Source: Mustelus asterias
Taxonomy: Eukaryota
Length of the DNA: 64,000 nt
NCBI RefSeq assembly: GCF_964213995.1
Contig: NC_135823.1
Span: 1,116,001 to 1,180,000 of the forward strand
Reading direction: 5' to 3'
The notes below the pieces were generated by a model. It had not been told where the DNA came from. It made no database searches and was given only the letters and a program-made list of their open reading frames with translations. Position 1 is the first letter of the stretch. Every line of letters begins with the position of its first letter. A program made the translations under genes and the position numbers. Positions 35,063 through 48,460 of the stretch are shown here, one piece after another.

Positions 35063-35901
35063 TGTGATACTGTGCCTTTAAGAAATCTAATTTAACCAAA
35101 TTTCTCTGCAGTATGTCTCTAGCAGTCCCAGGCTTTCTCTTGCAGTCCCAGGCTTCGTAGCGGAGCCGCTCTGTCTGCAACCAGTACCCTCCATTGTTAC
35201 TGTAACAGCATAATTGATACCATGTGTGTAATGCAATGTTCTGGTTTTTGAATCTTCTCCTGGGATTGCAGAGTAGGTCTTGATCGGAATGATGGACAGG
35301 TCAGATCATATGGCTGTGGACAGCTCGTCATTCACAGAGAATTTCAGCTTGGTTGCTGTTTTCAGGTGCTGTTTGGACTTGAGAGAGACCAGGGTCTGTT
35401 TATTTCCCCTCTCCGGAGTTGGAGATTCTGTTGTTTGAGTGTTTGCTGTTTCAGAAGCTGGAGAGAGAGAGAGAGAGATCCTTTTCGGTCTCTGATGTCT
35501 GAAGACGACAAGCTGCCGGAGATTGGATTTTTCACTGTTTAGCTAAATTGAGGATATATAAATTGGTTGAATCCGGCTGTTTGAACTTCTGTCCATAGCT
35601 GGTAAAGACTGGAAATGTAGTATCACGTGAGGAAACCTGTTTTAATGCGAACTAATTCTGAAGAAGGATGTGTACCTCTGGGGTATTAGTTTAAATTGGA
35701 ACAACAAAGACAGCTAACTTCTAAGAGTCATGGTTAACGCTTGCAATTGATAAAGATTATGCTTCCGAGTGGATCACTTGAATCATACGTGGAAACACGT
35801 GAAACACCTTCTGCTGAACCTGATACCAAAAACAAATGTAAACCTTGGTGTCGAGGATAACTTCACAAAACATCTTGGAATTCCAGGCCTGGGGCACAAC
35901 A
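35063..35901 (+). mobile_element. Probable solo LTR (TG...CA, near-TSD CCAC/CCAT)
   Basis: TGTGATAC...CACAACA ends; homologous copy at ~59290-59916 continuing 63840-64000; related fragment ~18058-18520. Confidence 0.5.
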
Positions 35902-37159
35902 CCATTCCCAAACAGAGGAAATAGTTACTTTGTGTCGATCCTGCCAGATTTTTCCGGTATCAGATCGCCTCTTAATCTTTTTAACTCACGGGAATTAAAA
36001 CGTATTCTCTGCATCTGAATCATCCGTCCCTTTTAGGATGGGGGCAGGGGCGGGTCGGGGGGACACGGTAAACGTTAAAGTTATGAAATAATTCGTCAGG
36101 GTAGACACATACAGTTTATTTCTCTTTGTGTATCGTCAACAGAAAGAGCTACCAGAAGTATAATATCTTCACAACTAAAGATAGCAGAGAATTCACGAGG
36201 AAAGGCTTTAATCAGTGGGTGGGGATTGTATGGAAGTAGTTCCCACAGTGGGCCGATCAACAGAGATGCATTTGACTGCGAAACTGGATAAACTCAGGAA
36301 GGAGAAAGGCAAAGAAATGCTGGATTCATGGTGGGGATAGGGAAATGGTGGCGGTTAGAACATAGAACATAGAACAGTACAGCACAGAACCGGCCCTTCG
36401 GCCCACGATGTTGGGCCGAGCTTTATCTGAAACCAAGATCAAGCTATCCCACTCCCTATCATCCCGGTGTGCTCCATGTGCCTATCCAATAACCGTTTAA
36501 GTTAGTATATCATAGAATTCTACAGTGCAGAAGGAGGTCATTCGTCCCATCAAGCCTGCACCGACCACAATCCCTCCCTGACCCTTTCCCTATAACCCCA
36601 TATATTTACCCTAGCTAGTCCCCCTGACACTCAGAGGCAATTTCGCACAGCTATTCCATCTAACCTGCACGTCTTTGGACTGTGGGAGGAAATCGGAGCA
36701 TCCGGAGGAAACCCACACAGACACGGGAAGGACATGCAAATTCCACACAGACATTGACCCAAGCCAGGAATCGAACCCGGTGCCTGGTGCTGTGAAGCAC
36801 CAGTGCTGAGCACAGCGCCACCATGTCGCCCTAATGTGGGAGGAAGCTCCTGTGAAGCATAACGACCAGCCAGGAGTATATGGCCAATCGCCCGCTGATC
36901 AAGAACTGCGAATATGACACAAAGAGTTAGGAAGAGGTATACTAGGCGGAGCTCTTACTAAAATATTTGCATCCTTTTGCATCTTTTTTAATTCGGTGCG
37001 TGTTTTCTGAAAACGGAATATAGTAGGATGTTTGGAATTAATTAAATGCAGCATTCCGATATCTCCTGCGTCCATTCGAATTTTACAGTCATTTTGCTGA
37101 TTGCCTTTTCTCCACAGATTTGACCAGTTTTAACGCGTATTTAGCACGAGCTCCAAGAT

Positions 37160-37430
37160 GCTTTCGTGCAGACTGAGCAGTACACGGGCTCTTAATCTGT
37201 AAACAGGAAACGTTGAGCCACAATTGACACAGCTCTGAAGTTTTCGGTGCGCTATTTTTAACGGCAGCATGTCGCCCCTCCAAAACGTCCATTTTCACCA
37301 TGTCGTCCGATCCCCTGATTTTCCGCAGTCCTCGAACATCGTACAGCTGCACCTCTTTCAGGTTTGTTTCTTCATCACTCCTCCTTTAGAGCATTTGCAG
37401 TGTTAGAACTACTGAGATAGTAAGTCAAGT
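37160..37430 (+). pseudogene. Gene D: orphan promoter plus degenerate leader (...LHLFQ|gtttgt) of B-type paralog
   Basis: Homology to 15760-16080 including the intron start; the HLFQ ending matches the A/C leaders; no downstream Ig exons found. Confidence 0.5.
37199..37210 (+). promoter_or_regulatory. GTAAACAGGAAA motif, orphan gene D promoter
   Basis: Lies within a block homologous to the gene B promoter. Confidence 0.45.
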
Positions 37431-39369
37431 AGAAAATTAAGCCAGTAAATACTTTCTATAATAGGAATTTCATGGTGAAGGAACGAACCATTTGCAGCTG
37501 ATCAGAAGCGATCGGGGGAAACATTCACCAATATATCCACTGGGAAGTTTTGCTCCTCTGGGCTGTGAATGATTCCACGGCCACTATTAAAAAACATTTG
37601 CGTACGGTTAAATTCACAGATTTACATGCAGCCATAATCAATTTTGGTAAGGTCATCCACATGCAGGGCGGCAAGTTGGAAGCACTTCATGTCTTAAATG
37701 GAGTCCATGAGGAGAGAGGCGAAGTGCTCAACCTACGCACAGAGACTCACGAATGGTCACTGTGTGTAAGGAACTGTGGAGTGACACCACACCAGAGGAA
37801 CATGGTCTCTCGGAGGCATTCACTTGAGTGACATGTGTTAAACATTATGATTTGAGGATGGACACTTGCAAATAGCAAATAGCCAGACGGCAGATGGACA
37901 AACTTAAGTTAAATGAATGAAGAGAATTCGATTAAGTCTAATCTAATCCATGGCGACCGTGGATTTGATTAGATCACTGATCCCTTTTCTGACATATGAT
38001 CGATCACTGATCCCTTTTCTGGCAGGAAATCGACCGTCGATATCTGGCCAGGCCTGTATGTGACGCCAGGACTGTCCCAGCAAATTACTCATTTCCAGTT
38101 TGGCAAACGAAATCTGGAATTGGAATCAATGCAAGGGCACATGAAATTAAATGTTGAGATTTCTGACCAGCATAGCCGAGTCAGCAAAGAATTCAGTATT
38201 TTAGTCCGTGCCCATGAGGAAACCTCAGAATAGGAGACTGTGGTCACAAACATTGGAGAGGAGGGGCATATTCGAGCACCTCGAGCCTGTTCTCTCTTAC
38301 AGTGACAGAGTGGTTATTTTGTATTTTCAGTTCAGCTACCTGCCTTGGTTTAGTCCTGACATCCCCAACAAGAAAAAGTTTCCAAATGGTCAATTTCCAT
38401 TACCAATAGGCTTCAACAGGAGATTCAGCTTTGTGAGAAATGAGTATGTTACCTTGCCTTTACTCTCCTGCCAAGTATCAAAAATAACATTCATTAGTGA
38501 CAAGGAGCCTTACATGCACACTGCAGTGAAATTACTGTGAAACTCCCCCAGCTGCCTCACTGCGGGAGAATTTAGCTCGACCAATTCACCTAACCTGCAT
38601 ATCTTTGGACTGTGATAGGAAACCGGAACACCCGGAGGGAACCCACGCAGACACAAGGGAAACAGACAAACTCCAGACAGATAGTGACCCAAGCCGTGAA
38701 TCGAACCTGGGTCACTGGCGCTGTCAGGCAGCAGTGCTAAGCACTCTGCACTCTGCCCTCCAGAGTCCAAGCGCACAAAAGTTACGAGTACTCTATTAGT
38801 GAGATATCACAGCTGGCTGTGGATTGAGTAACGTTCCAGTCAATAGTTTCGAGCGTTTCCTTTCCTGGGTTTTGAAGGCGCTGATGCCAAGCTTCCAACA
38901 TGACTTTGCTCACAGTTGGCATTGTATTCCTTCACCGCACATGTCTCCAATCCACCCAGGCCTGAACATTGTAATATATTTTTCATTCACAAAAGGTCAA
39001 CATTAAAAAAAATTAAATTAATATTGGAAGCATTGAGCGATACTTCATGGGAGAGTGAGGGAATCACACCAAATTGGTTTTGGGTTTTCAATATCACGGA
39101 GTCCTAGAAATGGCTGAACCTGCTGTCGTTCTTGTAAAGGAAACGACTTCAGATAATCAAAACCAAATATCTGAAAGTCAAATTGCAATATTAGAGTACG
39201 TTTGAAGCTTTATTGATCCTGATGTGGTTTAAAATCACTTAAGTAAGACTTTAATACACCAGGCTCACTTATCTGGAGCAAGTAAATTGAAAAGGTCATT
39301 TAAAAACATCATTTAAATCAGTGCTGATCGACAGAACAGCTGTCATTATCGGGATTTAAAAAATCAAAG

Positions 39370-40565
39370 AATTACAGGCAATTGAGTCTATTGGTCGGGA
39401 AAATGTGGGAACAAAATTCTGAAGGACAGAATTAATCTCCACTTGGGGAAGCAAGGATTAGTCAAGGAGAGTCAGCATGGTTTAGTCAAAGGAAAATCGT
39501 GCCACACAAGTTCGACAGAATTCTTTGAAGAGGTGACGAGGTATGCAGATAGGGGCAGTGCAGGTAATGTAATCTACATGGACTTCAGTAAGGATTTTGA
39601 GCTAGTCCCACATGGGAGGCTGATGAAGAAGGTTAGAGGCCATGGGATCCAGTCAATTTTTCAATTGGATTATTGGCAGGAGGCAGAGGGCGATGACATC
39701 TGTTTTCGTGAATGGAAGCCTGTGTCCATGTTGTTCATGATGTGGAGATGCCGGCGTTGGACTGGGGTAAACACAGTAAGAGGTCTCACAACACCAGGTT
39801 AAAGTCCAACAGGTTTATTTGGTAGCAAAGTTCCACAGGGATGAGTGCTGGATTCCTTTTTGTTTATAGTCTCATTATGGATCTAATGAATGTTGGGCGT
39901 ATGATAAATAAGTTCGCAGATGACACAAACATTGGTGGTGTGTACATAGCAAAAGGATTACAGGATTACTTAGATTGTAAGATGTTATAGACGCGTTGGT
40001 CAGATGAGCAGAACTGTGGCAAATGGAATTTAACTCTAAAAGTTGTGAGGTGATGCATTTTGGGAGCACCAACAAGGCAAGGTAATACACAATGAACGGG
40101 AGGATTCAAGAAAGTACAGAGGATCAGAGGGACTTTGGGATGCATATCCATAGGTCTCTGAAGACAGCAGGACAGGTAGATAAGGCGGTTCAGGAAGCAG
40201 ATGGGATAGTTGCATTTATTAAACGGGGCATTGAATGTAATAGCAGGGAAGTTATGATGGAGCTCCATAAAATTGCTGCTGAGGGCATAGCTGGAGTACT
40301 GTGTGCACTTTTGGTCGCCACATTATCGGAAGGAAGTGATTGCACTTGGGAAGGTGCGGAGGAGATTCACGAGGATGTTGCTTGCTTTGGAGCTTTTTAG
40401 ATCTGAAGAGGGACCGGATTGGCAAGCATTGTTTTGCTTGGAGCAAAGAAGGCTGACGGAGGACCTGATTGAGATGAAGAAAATTATGAGAGGATTAGTC
40501 AGGGTGGATAGGAAAGAGTTTTTTTCTCCTGAGCAATGGACTCAATAACCGGGGGCATAGATTTT
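39370..40565 (+). mobile_element. Degenerate CR1 RT fragment
   Basis: SQHGLVKGKSC, YMDFSK, WSPHYRK motifs. Confidence 0.8.
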
Positions 40566-40813
40566 TACGAACTCCAGCCATCGACCCAAATTATTGACTC
40601 TCCCCAGAGAGGCAAAAGCTTGCCTGCCAGAAATCAGTCTATCGAAATCTCACCTCGAAGGCAAATGCAGCTTTCATCGGGGAAAGAGAACTACATGGCA
40701 CTCATTCTTCCTCGCATCATCTCAATGCTCTTTGTATTTGCAGTATGCATTCCTTATTCCAGTTACCACTATAAATCCCAACAATGAAATTGCTTTCCAA
40801 GTTGCTTGAGATA

Positions 40814-41695
40814 CAAAGAACAAAGAACAAAGAACAGTACAGCACAGGAAACAGGCCCTTCGGCCCTCCAAGCCTGTGCCGCTCCTTGGTCCAATTAGAC
40901 CAATCGTTTGTATCCCTCCATTCCCAGGCTGCTCATGTGACTATCCAGGTAAGTCTTAAACGATGTCAGCGTGCCTGCCTCCACCACCCTACTTGGCAGC
41001 GCATTCCAGGCCCCCACCACCCTCTGTATAAAAAACGTCCCTCTGATATCTGAGTTATACTTCGCCCCTCTCAGCTTGAGCCCGTGACCCCTCGTGCTCG
41101 TCACCTCCGACCTGGGAAAAAGCTTCCCACTGTTCACCCTATCTATACCCTTCATAATCCTGTACACCTCTATTAGATCTCCCCTCATTCTCCGTCTTTC
41201 CAAGTAGAACAACCCCAGTCTACCCAATCTCTCCTCATAGCTAAGACCCTCCATACCAGGCAACATCCTGGTGAACCTTCTCTGCACTCTCTCTAACGCC
41301 TCCACGTCCTTCTGGTAGTGCGGCGACCAGAACTGGACGCAGTACTCCAAATGTGGCCTAACCAGCGTTCTATACAGCTGCATCATCAGACTCCAGCTTT
41401 TATACTCTATACCCCGTCCTATAAAGGCAAGCATACCGTATGCCTTCTTCACCACCTTCTCCACCTGTGTTGCCACCTTCAAGGATTTCTGGACTTGCAC
41501 ACCTAGGTCCCTCTGTGTTTCTATACTCCTGATGACTCTGCCATTTATTGTATAACTCCTCCCTACATTATTTCTTCCAAAATGCATCACTTCGCATTTA
41601 TCCGGATTAAACGCCATCTGCCACCTCTCCGCCCAATTTTCCAGCCTATTTGTATCCTGCTGTATTGCCCGACAATGCTCTTCGCTATCCGCTGG
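40814..41695 (-). mobile_element. Young CR1 3' fragment
   Basis: 240-aa open ORF2 C-terminus 40895-41617. Confidence 0.9.
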
Positions 41696-43671
41696 TAAAT
41701 GTTCTGTATTCCTTGCACAAGAACATACAACCTATCAGAATCATAAAATCATTGAATCCCTACAGTGTAGAAAGAAGCCATTTGGCCCATCGCGCTGCAC
41801 CTCCTTGGCCGTATTGGTGGAACCCAAGGTGTTTCCCCTGATAATGTCCTGGCACTCAGGGGGAATTGAGCATGGTCAATCAACCTAACCTACACATGTT
41901 TGGACTGTGGGAGGAAATCGGAGCACCCGCGGGAAACATACGCAGACACGGGAAAATCGTGCAAATTCCACAGAGACTGCCAGCCAAGGCCTGAATCGAG
42001 CCCGGGGGCTGACGCTGTGAGGCAGCCATGCTAACCACTGTGCCACCGTGCCACCCATACTGGAATGTCCCAATCCACCGAACATTAGAAATATCCTCAT
42101 TTTTTCATTCCAGTGGATAGTTCCGCATTTTTGAAATTAATACTGCACCTGCAACTTACTTATTCAGTTAATGAGGGTTAGAGTTACAACGGAAATCGAA
42201 ACAGGTAACCACATGCCTGTATCATCAGGTGTTATCATATACTATCGAATATTGTGGGTAAATATTCTGCTGAATTGAACTGAGTCGAGGGAGCCAATAT
42301 AGCTTATTTAAAGAGGAACCCTGGCTGATTAATATAATTGAAAATCTTAAGGGGGTCGCTAAACAGATAGGCAGGAGAGTCTCTATGAATGCACATTAGC
42401 ACAGTCGTTAGCATTCGGATTAGAAACCGGAGCGGGTGCTCTGGTTTACTCCTACAGTCCAAAGTTTTGCAACTGAGGCAGACTCATCATCGGAAATTGC
42501 CCCTTAGTGACAGGGGAATTCGGAAGGTAAATATGTGATGTTACATGGATAGGCCTGGGTGAGATTGTTGTCGGTGCAATCGCGATGGGCCAGATGGTCT
42601 TCATTGGCAATGGAGATTCAATGATAATAGGCATGGTTCTCCCACAAGTTAGTGAGCAACGTACACCATAACCCATTATTGTCAAACTCAATACTGCATG
42701 GAATAAACATTTTCAGATTATGGTTGGAATTTGATTGAGGGGATGGGGACAGAGGGTGTGGACAAAATGGTTAGCGGGCTGTGACGAGTGCACTTCATCA
42801 GTGACGATTAGATGCCTTTGGCATTTTTAATAATGATTCAGATGAAAAAAAAGACATGTACATCTGCGTTTGGTAGAACTGTGTTAGAAGGGAACGTGAA
42901 ATGTGTTAGAAGGCAGGTTCAGTCATTGCCTCGCAGACTCATACAGGTTGTGAAGCAGCTGGTTTTTATTAAGGGGTCGGGTGTGGGGGGGGTGGGGAGG
43001 GGGGGCGCGTGGAGACAATCTTTGTGCTCTCTTATGTTCCCGTGTTCCTGCGGTAGGTAGAGATGATTCTGATACTGGATGATCATGTCTGTCAAAGGGT
43101 CATAGAAAAATAACAACAAATAAACTAGAAGCAGGAGTAGACCAGGAACGTCCTTCGAGCTTGCACTGCCATTCACTATGATCATGGCTGATCATCAAAT
43201 TCAATGCCCTTTAGAGATGGAAATCTGTCGTCCTTACCCGGTCTGGCTTGCATGTAATTCCAGAGCCACAGCAATGTGGTTGAGTCTCAACTGCCCTCGG
43301 GCAACTAATGATGGGCAATAAATGCTGGCCAGCCAGTTACACCCATGTCCCAGGAATGAATAAAGAGAAAGTCGTTGTATATCTGGAGGTTAATCATGCG
43401 TGGTAATTATGTGAACGGCAATCATGGGGGCACACCCCTGTAATCCAGAAACTGCTATTTAAATGGGATTGTCTCTGAAATAAATTGATGTGCTTGATTT
43501 CCAGAACGGTAATGATAATTACCGATCCTTATTTATTTTGCCGACCAGCTCATATTAACGGGGAGTGTTTGGGTTATTCTGAACACAGTTGCTTTTTCAG
43601 TTTCGAACTGAGAAAAGTATTTAGATCTGTGTCCGATCAGCATGTGTCACCTCTGGCACACATATTAGTTT

Positions 43672-46065
43672 TCAAGGTTTCCTTGAGTTGTCTCACCATG
43701 GCTTCAACAAATGCTCCGCCAAAGTTGCAGTTCCTTGCATTTAACAGCCCCACAAATGTTGTGTAGAACGTTAATATTTCAGGAAGCTCTCGTGCTATTG
43801 CACAAAGCATTCTGAGGTTTTACTTTCATAGTTCGGAAGGTCAACTTCTAAAACTCCTGCGAGACCTTCCAGTTTGCTCTCCAACTTGTTTTTCTTAAAT
43901 AAAATGTTATGAAAGCTGCAGGACATCGATTAAAGTTGATTTAACTAAAGCAGAAACAGCATAATTAAGTAAAATCCATTTTATGCCACATAGCCAATGT
44001 TTAAGATCAGAATTGCGCACTCTGACACTGTGATTGGGGGCCTCTTCAATCGAGGCTTTCCAATCAGAATTGGAACATTTTCTGATGCGAAGTAAATGCA
44101 TTGCTCTTGGAAAAGTCATTGTTGCGGAGCGAGTGATGCTGCTGTTACCGAAAGGACAAAGGAAAATAGGACGTTGGAAGAGAGAAGCAAAAAGTGAAAT
44201 TTCAACCCGTCGAGATGGCACTGATGTTCCACTAGATCCGGAATGATTACCGACCGCATCCGCACTTTCCAGCAGGATCTCAGTTTCCCTTGATGTTATT
44301 CATCGCGAGAAGTCTAGTGGCTTCTGCCTGGAACATTTCCGATGACTCAATTTTGGAAACTCTTTCGTGTGGAATATTCCTAAGATTCATCATAATGAGT
44401 GGATATATTCCTCATCTTTCCTGTTCAAAATGTCCATTCCACATCCTGAGATCATCCCCCCAGGTATTGACTCACCAACCACGGGGAACCTTATTCACAT
44501 CCATCCTATTGCACACTGTTAGAGTTTTATCTGCCAAAATGCGGGATCGCCTCATTCTTCAAAATTGTCGGAAATATGGGAGCTGTCGCAACAATCTCTC
44601 CTCAAACAAATCCCTATCCAAATCATTGATCTGCTAAACACCCATTGTACGACTTCTATGGAACTTACGTCAGAGCTGAGGGAAGAGGACCAGAACTGGA
44701 CGCAAACTCCTGGCGAGGTCTCAGCAAGGCCTTATACAAATGCAGAAATGCATTCTTATAAGTGAAAAATCATCTCCTCGCGAGTAAGTCCCCCAAAGCG
44801 TCGAAGGTTTCCGACTTGTTTACTGCAGCTAGATTCTGTAACTCATGAACAACAACACCGAGTTCTCGTTATGCACTCACAATTGACAATTTATCATTTG
44901 ACATATAAACATAGAAAATAGAAGCAGGACGAGGCCATTTTGCCCTTCGAGCCTTTTCCATCATTAACCACGTCATGGCTGATCGTTCAACTCAATAGCA
45001 TAATCCTGCTTTCGACCTAGAACTATTGCTCCCATTCGCCCCAAGTGCTACATCAAGCTGCTTCTTGAATACATTCAATGTTTTGGCATGAACTACTTCC
45101 TGTGGCAATTAATTCCACAGGCTCACCAATCTTTGCTTGAAGGAATGTTTCCTCATCTCCGCCCTGAATGGTCTACCCCGAATCCCCAGGTTCTGGACTC
45201 CCCCAGCATTGGGAACATCCTAGCTGCATCTAACCTGCCTGGTCCTTTTAGAATGTTAAGAGTCTCTATGAGATTTCCCCCACCCCCCTCATTCGCCTGA
45301 AAACCAACGAAAACAAACCCAAACCAGTAAATCTTTCGACATACATCGGTCCCGCCATCCCCCGAATTAGCCTGCTAATCCTTTGCTGCACTCCCTCGAG
45401 AGCAACGACATCCTTCCTCAGAAAAGGAGACCGAAACTACACACATTATTCAAGGTGTGGCCTCACCATGCCCCTGGAAAATTGCAACAACACATCCCTG
45501 CTACTGTACTGGGAACGTTTAAGACTTATCAAGGGTTCCTTGAGTTGTCGAACCATGGCTTCAACAAATGCTCCGCCAAAGTTGCAGTTCCTTGCATTTA
45601 ACAGCCCCACAAATGTTGTGTAGAAAGTTAATATTTCAGGAAGCTCTCGTGCTATTGCACAAGGTATTCTAAGGTTTTTCTTTCATAGTTCGGAAGGTCA
45701 ACTTCTAAAACTCCTGCTAGACCTTCCAGTTTGCTCTCCAACTTGTTTTTGTTTAAAAAAATGTTATGAAAACTGCAGGACATCGATTAAAGATGATTTA
45801 ACTAAAGCAGAAACAGCATAATTAAGTAAAATCCATTTTATTCCACATAGCCAATGTTTAAGATCAGGATTGCGCAGTCTGACACTGTGATTGGGGGCCT
45901 CTTCAATCGAGGCTTTTCAATCAGAATTGGAACATTTTCTGATGCGAAGTAAATGCATTGCTCTTGGAAAAGTCATTGTTGCGGAGCGAGTGATGCTGCT
46001 GTTACCGAAAAGACAAAGGAAAAAAGGACGTTGGAAGAGAGAAGCAAAAAGTGAAATTTCAACCC
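43672..46065 (+). repeat. 537-bp near-identical direct duplication (43672-44208 and 45529-46065)
   Basis: Direct sequence match; the same ORF appears twice in the track. Confidence 0.9.
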
Positions 46066-46206
46066 ATGAACGGACTGGGAATGGAGGGATACAAAATAAT
46101 GGTCTAGTTTGGACCAGGGAGCGGCACGGGCTTGGAGGGCCGAAGGGCCTGTTCCTGTGCTGTATTGTTGTTTGTTCTTTGTGCTCGAAACCTCTCGCAA
46201 TGAATA

Positions 46207-46553
46207 GGGTGGCACGGTAGCACAGTGATTAGCACTGCTGCTTCACAGCTCCGGGGACCTGGGTTCGATTCCCGGCTTGGGTCACTGTCTGTGTGGAGTT
46301 TGCACATTCTCCTCGTGTCTGCGTGGGTTTCCTCCGGGTGCTCCGGTTTGCTTCCACAGTCCAAAGATGTCCGGGTTACGTTGATTGGCCATGCTAATAA
46401 TTGCCCCTTAGTGTCCCGAGATGCGTAGGTTAGAGGGATTAGTGGGTAAATATGGAGGGATATGGGAGTAGGACCTGGGTGGTATGTGGTCGGTTCAGAC
46501 TCGATGGGCCGAATGGCCTATTTCAGCACTGTAGGGTTTCTCTGATTTCTATG
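46207..46553 (+). mobile_element. HE1/V-SINE-like SINE (full length)
   Basis: A and B boxes, core, tail; further copies at ~1487, 5656, 14660, 15409, 28129, 32318, 32711, 36511, 38480, 41740, 50168 and 50912. Confidence 0.85.
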
Positions 46554-46554
46554 A

Positions 46555-48460
46555 AGGCCAACATACCATTTCCCGTCTTTACCGCCTGCTGCACCTGCCT
46601 ACTACCCTTCACCGTCTAGTGCCCAAGGACACCCAGATCGCAATGCACACTCTCCTCTCCCAATTTATAGCCATTCAGGTTGTCATCTGCTTTCTTGTTT
46701 TTGCTTCCAAGATGAAGGACCTCACACTTGTTAAAATTATACTGCATTTGCCATTGCCTTGCCCACTTAGCAACCATTCCAGGTGATGCTGAAAGATCTC
46801 TACATCCTCGTCACAGTTCATCTGCCCACCCACCTGGGTGGAATCTGCAAACTTTGAGATGTTACGTTCTGTTCCCTCATCCAGATCATTGATAAATATT
46901 AGGAAGAGTTGGGATCCCAACACCGATCCCTGTGGCACCGCACTGATTACTGTCGGCCAATTTGGAAAGGACCCATGAATTGCTACTCTTTGTTTCCTCT
47001 TTGCCAACTAGTTTTCTATCCATCTCAATAAGCTCCCACCAACGGCATGCACTTTAATCTTGCACGATAATCTCTTATACAGGACTTTGTCAAACGCATT
47101 CTGGAAGTCAAAATTTGCCATATCGACTGCGCCCCCCCCCCCCGCCCCCTTGTCAACTCCAGTAGTGACGTATTCAAAGAACTACAACGTATTTGACAAT
47201 GATGACTTCTTCCTCATAAATCCATGCTGACTCTGTCTGATGCAGCCACTGCTTTCTAAATGCTGCAATATAAAATCCTTGACAATAGATTCGAAAATTT
47301 TCCCCACTACTGATGTTAGGCTCACGGGTCTAAATTACCTCTTTTCTCTCCACCACCCTTCTGAATATTGGAGTGACATTAGCTCCCCTGCAATCCCCGT
47401 GGAGTGTTCCAGAATCTATGAAATCCTGAAAGATGACCACCAATCCATCCACTATTTCCAGAGCCACTCCTTAAGTACTCTGGGATGTAAACTATCAGGC
47501 TTCGAAGGTGCAGATTAAGAAACAATTTGCCTTTCTGTTATTCTTGTCGAAGTGAAAGTTGGCATTCAGACCAATGGCCGACAACGGATTTTGCTATTCC
47601 GTGCACGTGAAATGACTCTAAAGCGGAACGTTAGCATGGTTACAAAGAAACAAAGATAATAGAGGCTATTCTGCCTTTCAAGCCCGCTCCGCCATTCATT
47701 TTGATCATGAGATATCATCCAATTCAATATCCTTATGCCACCAACCCACATATCCCTTATTTCCTAGAGCCCCAAGGGTTATATCTAATTTCGTCTTGAA
47801 ATCACACAATGTTTTGGCCTCAGCCAGTTTCTGTGGAAGTTAATTCCACACATTCACAACTCGCTGAGTGAATAAATTTCTCCTCTACCCAGTCCTAAAA
47901 GGTTTAACACTTTTCTTCAAAATATGACCAGTAGTTCTGGTTTCCCCTACCATTGAGTACTTTCTTTCTGCATCGACCCTATCTAACCCTGTGAGAATTT
48001 TTATCAATTGATGAGATATCCCTTTTCACTCTTCTAAAATCCAGTGAATGTAACCCTGAACGACATAGCAGCTCCACATCTTTCTTCCCAGGAATCAGCC
48101 TGGTAAACTTGAGCTGTACTCCATCTGTTGCAAGGACTTCCTTCCTCAGATCAATACAGCAAAACTGGACACAATACTGCAGGAGTGGCCTCACAGATGC
48201 CCTGTAGAAATCAGATAAAACATCCCATTCCTATACACAAATACACTTGCTATGAAGGCCAGCATGCCATTTGCCTTCTTTACTGCATGCAGTAACTTTG
48301 TGCTTACTTTCAGCGACTGATGCCCGAAGGCAACAAAGTCGCGCTGCATTTTCACCTCTCTCAATTTAGAGCCAGTCAAATAACAATCTGCCTTCCTATT
48401 TTTGTACCAAAGTGGATGATCTCACATTCATCCACATTATACAGCACCTGCCATGCAAAT
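46555..48460 (-). mobile_element. Degenerate CR1 RT fragments
   Basis: VPQGSVLG, ISKFAD, KKANGMLAFI motifs. Confidence 0.75.

Noticed and set aside
40695-40742. Signal-peptide-like MALILPRIISMLFVFA|gtatgc
   Set aside because: Phase 0 donor, no family promoter motif and no downstream exons found
44034-44246. Duplicated ORF MGASSIEAFQSELEHF...
   Set aside because: Starts at TTG, resembles a decayed CR1 3' end, and is repeated only because of the local duplication
46207-46280. tRNA gene
   Set aside because: tRNA-derived SINE head continuing into the SINE core; many copies in the window
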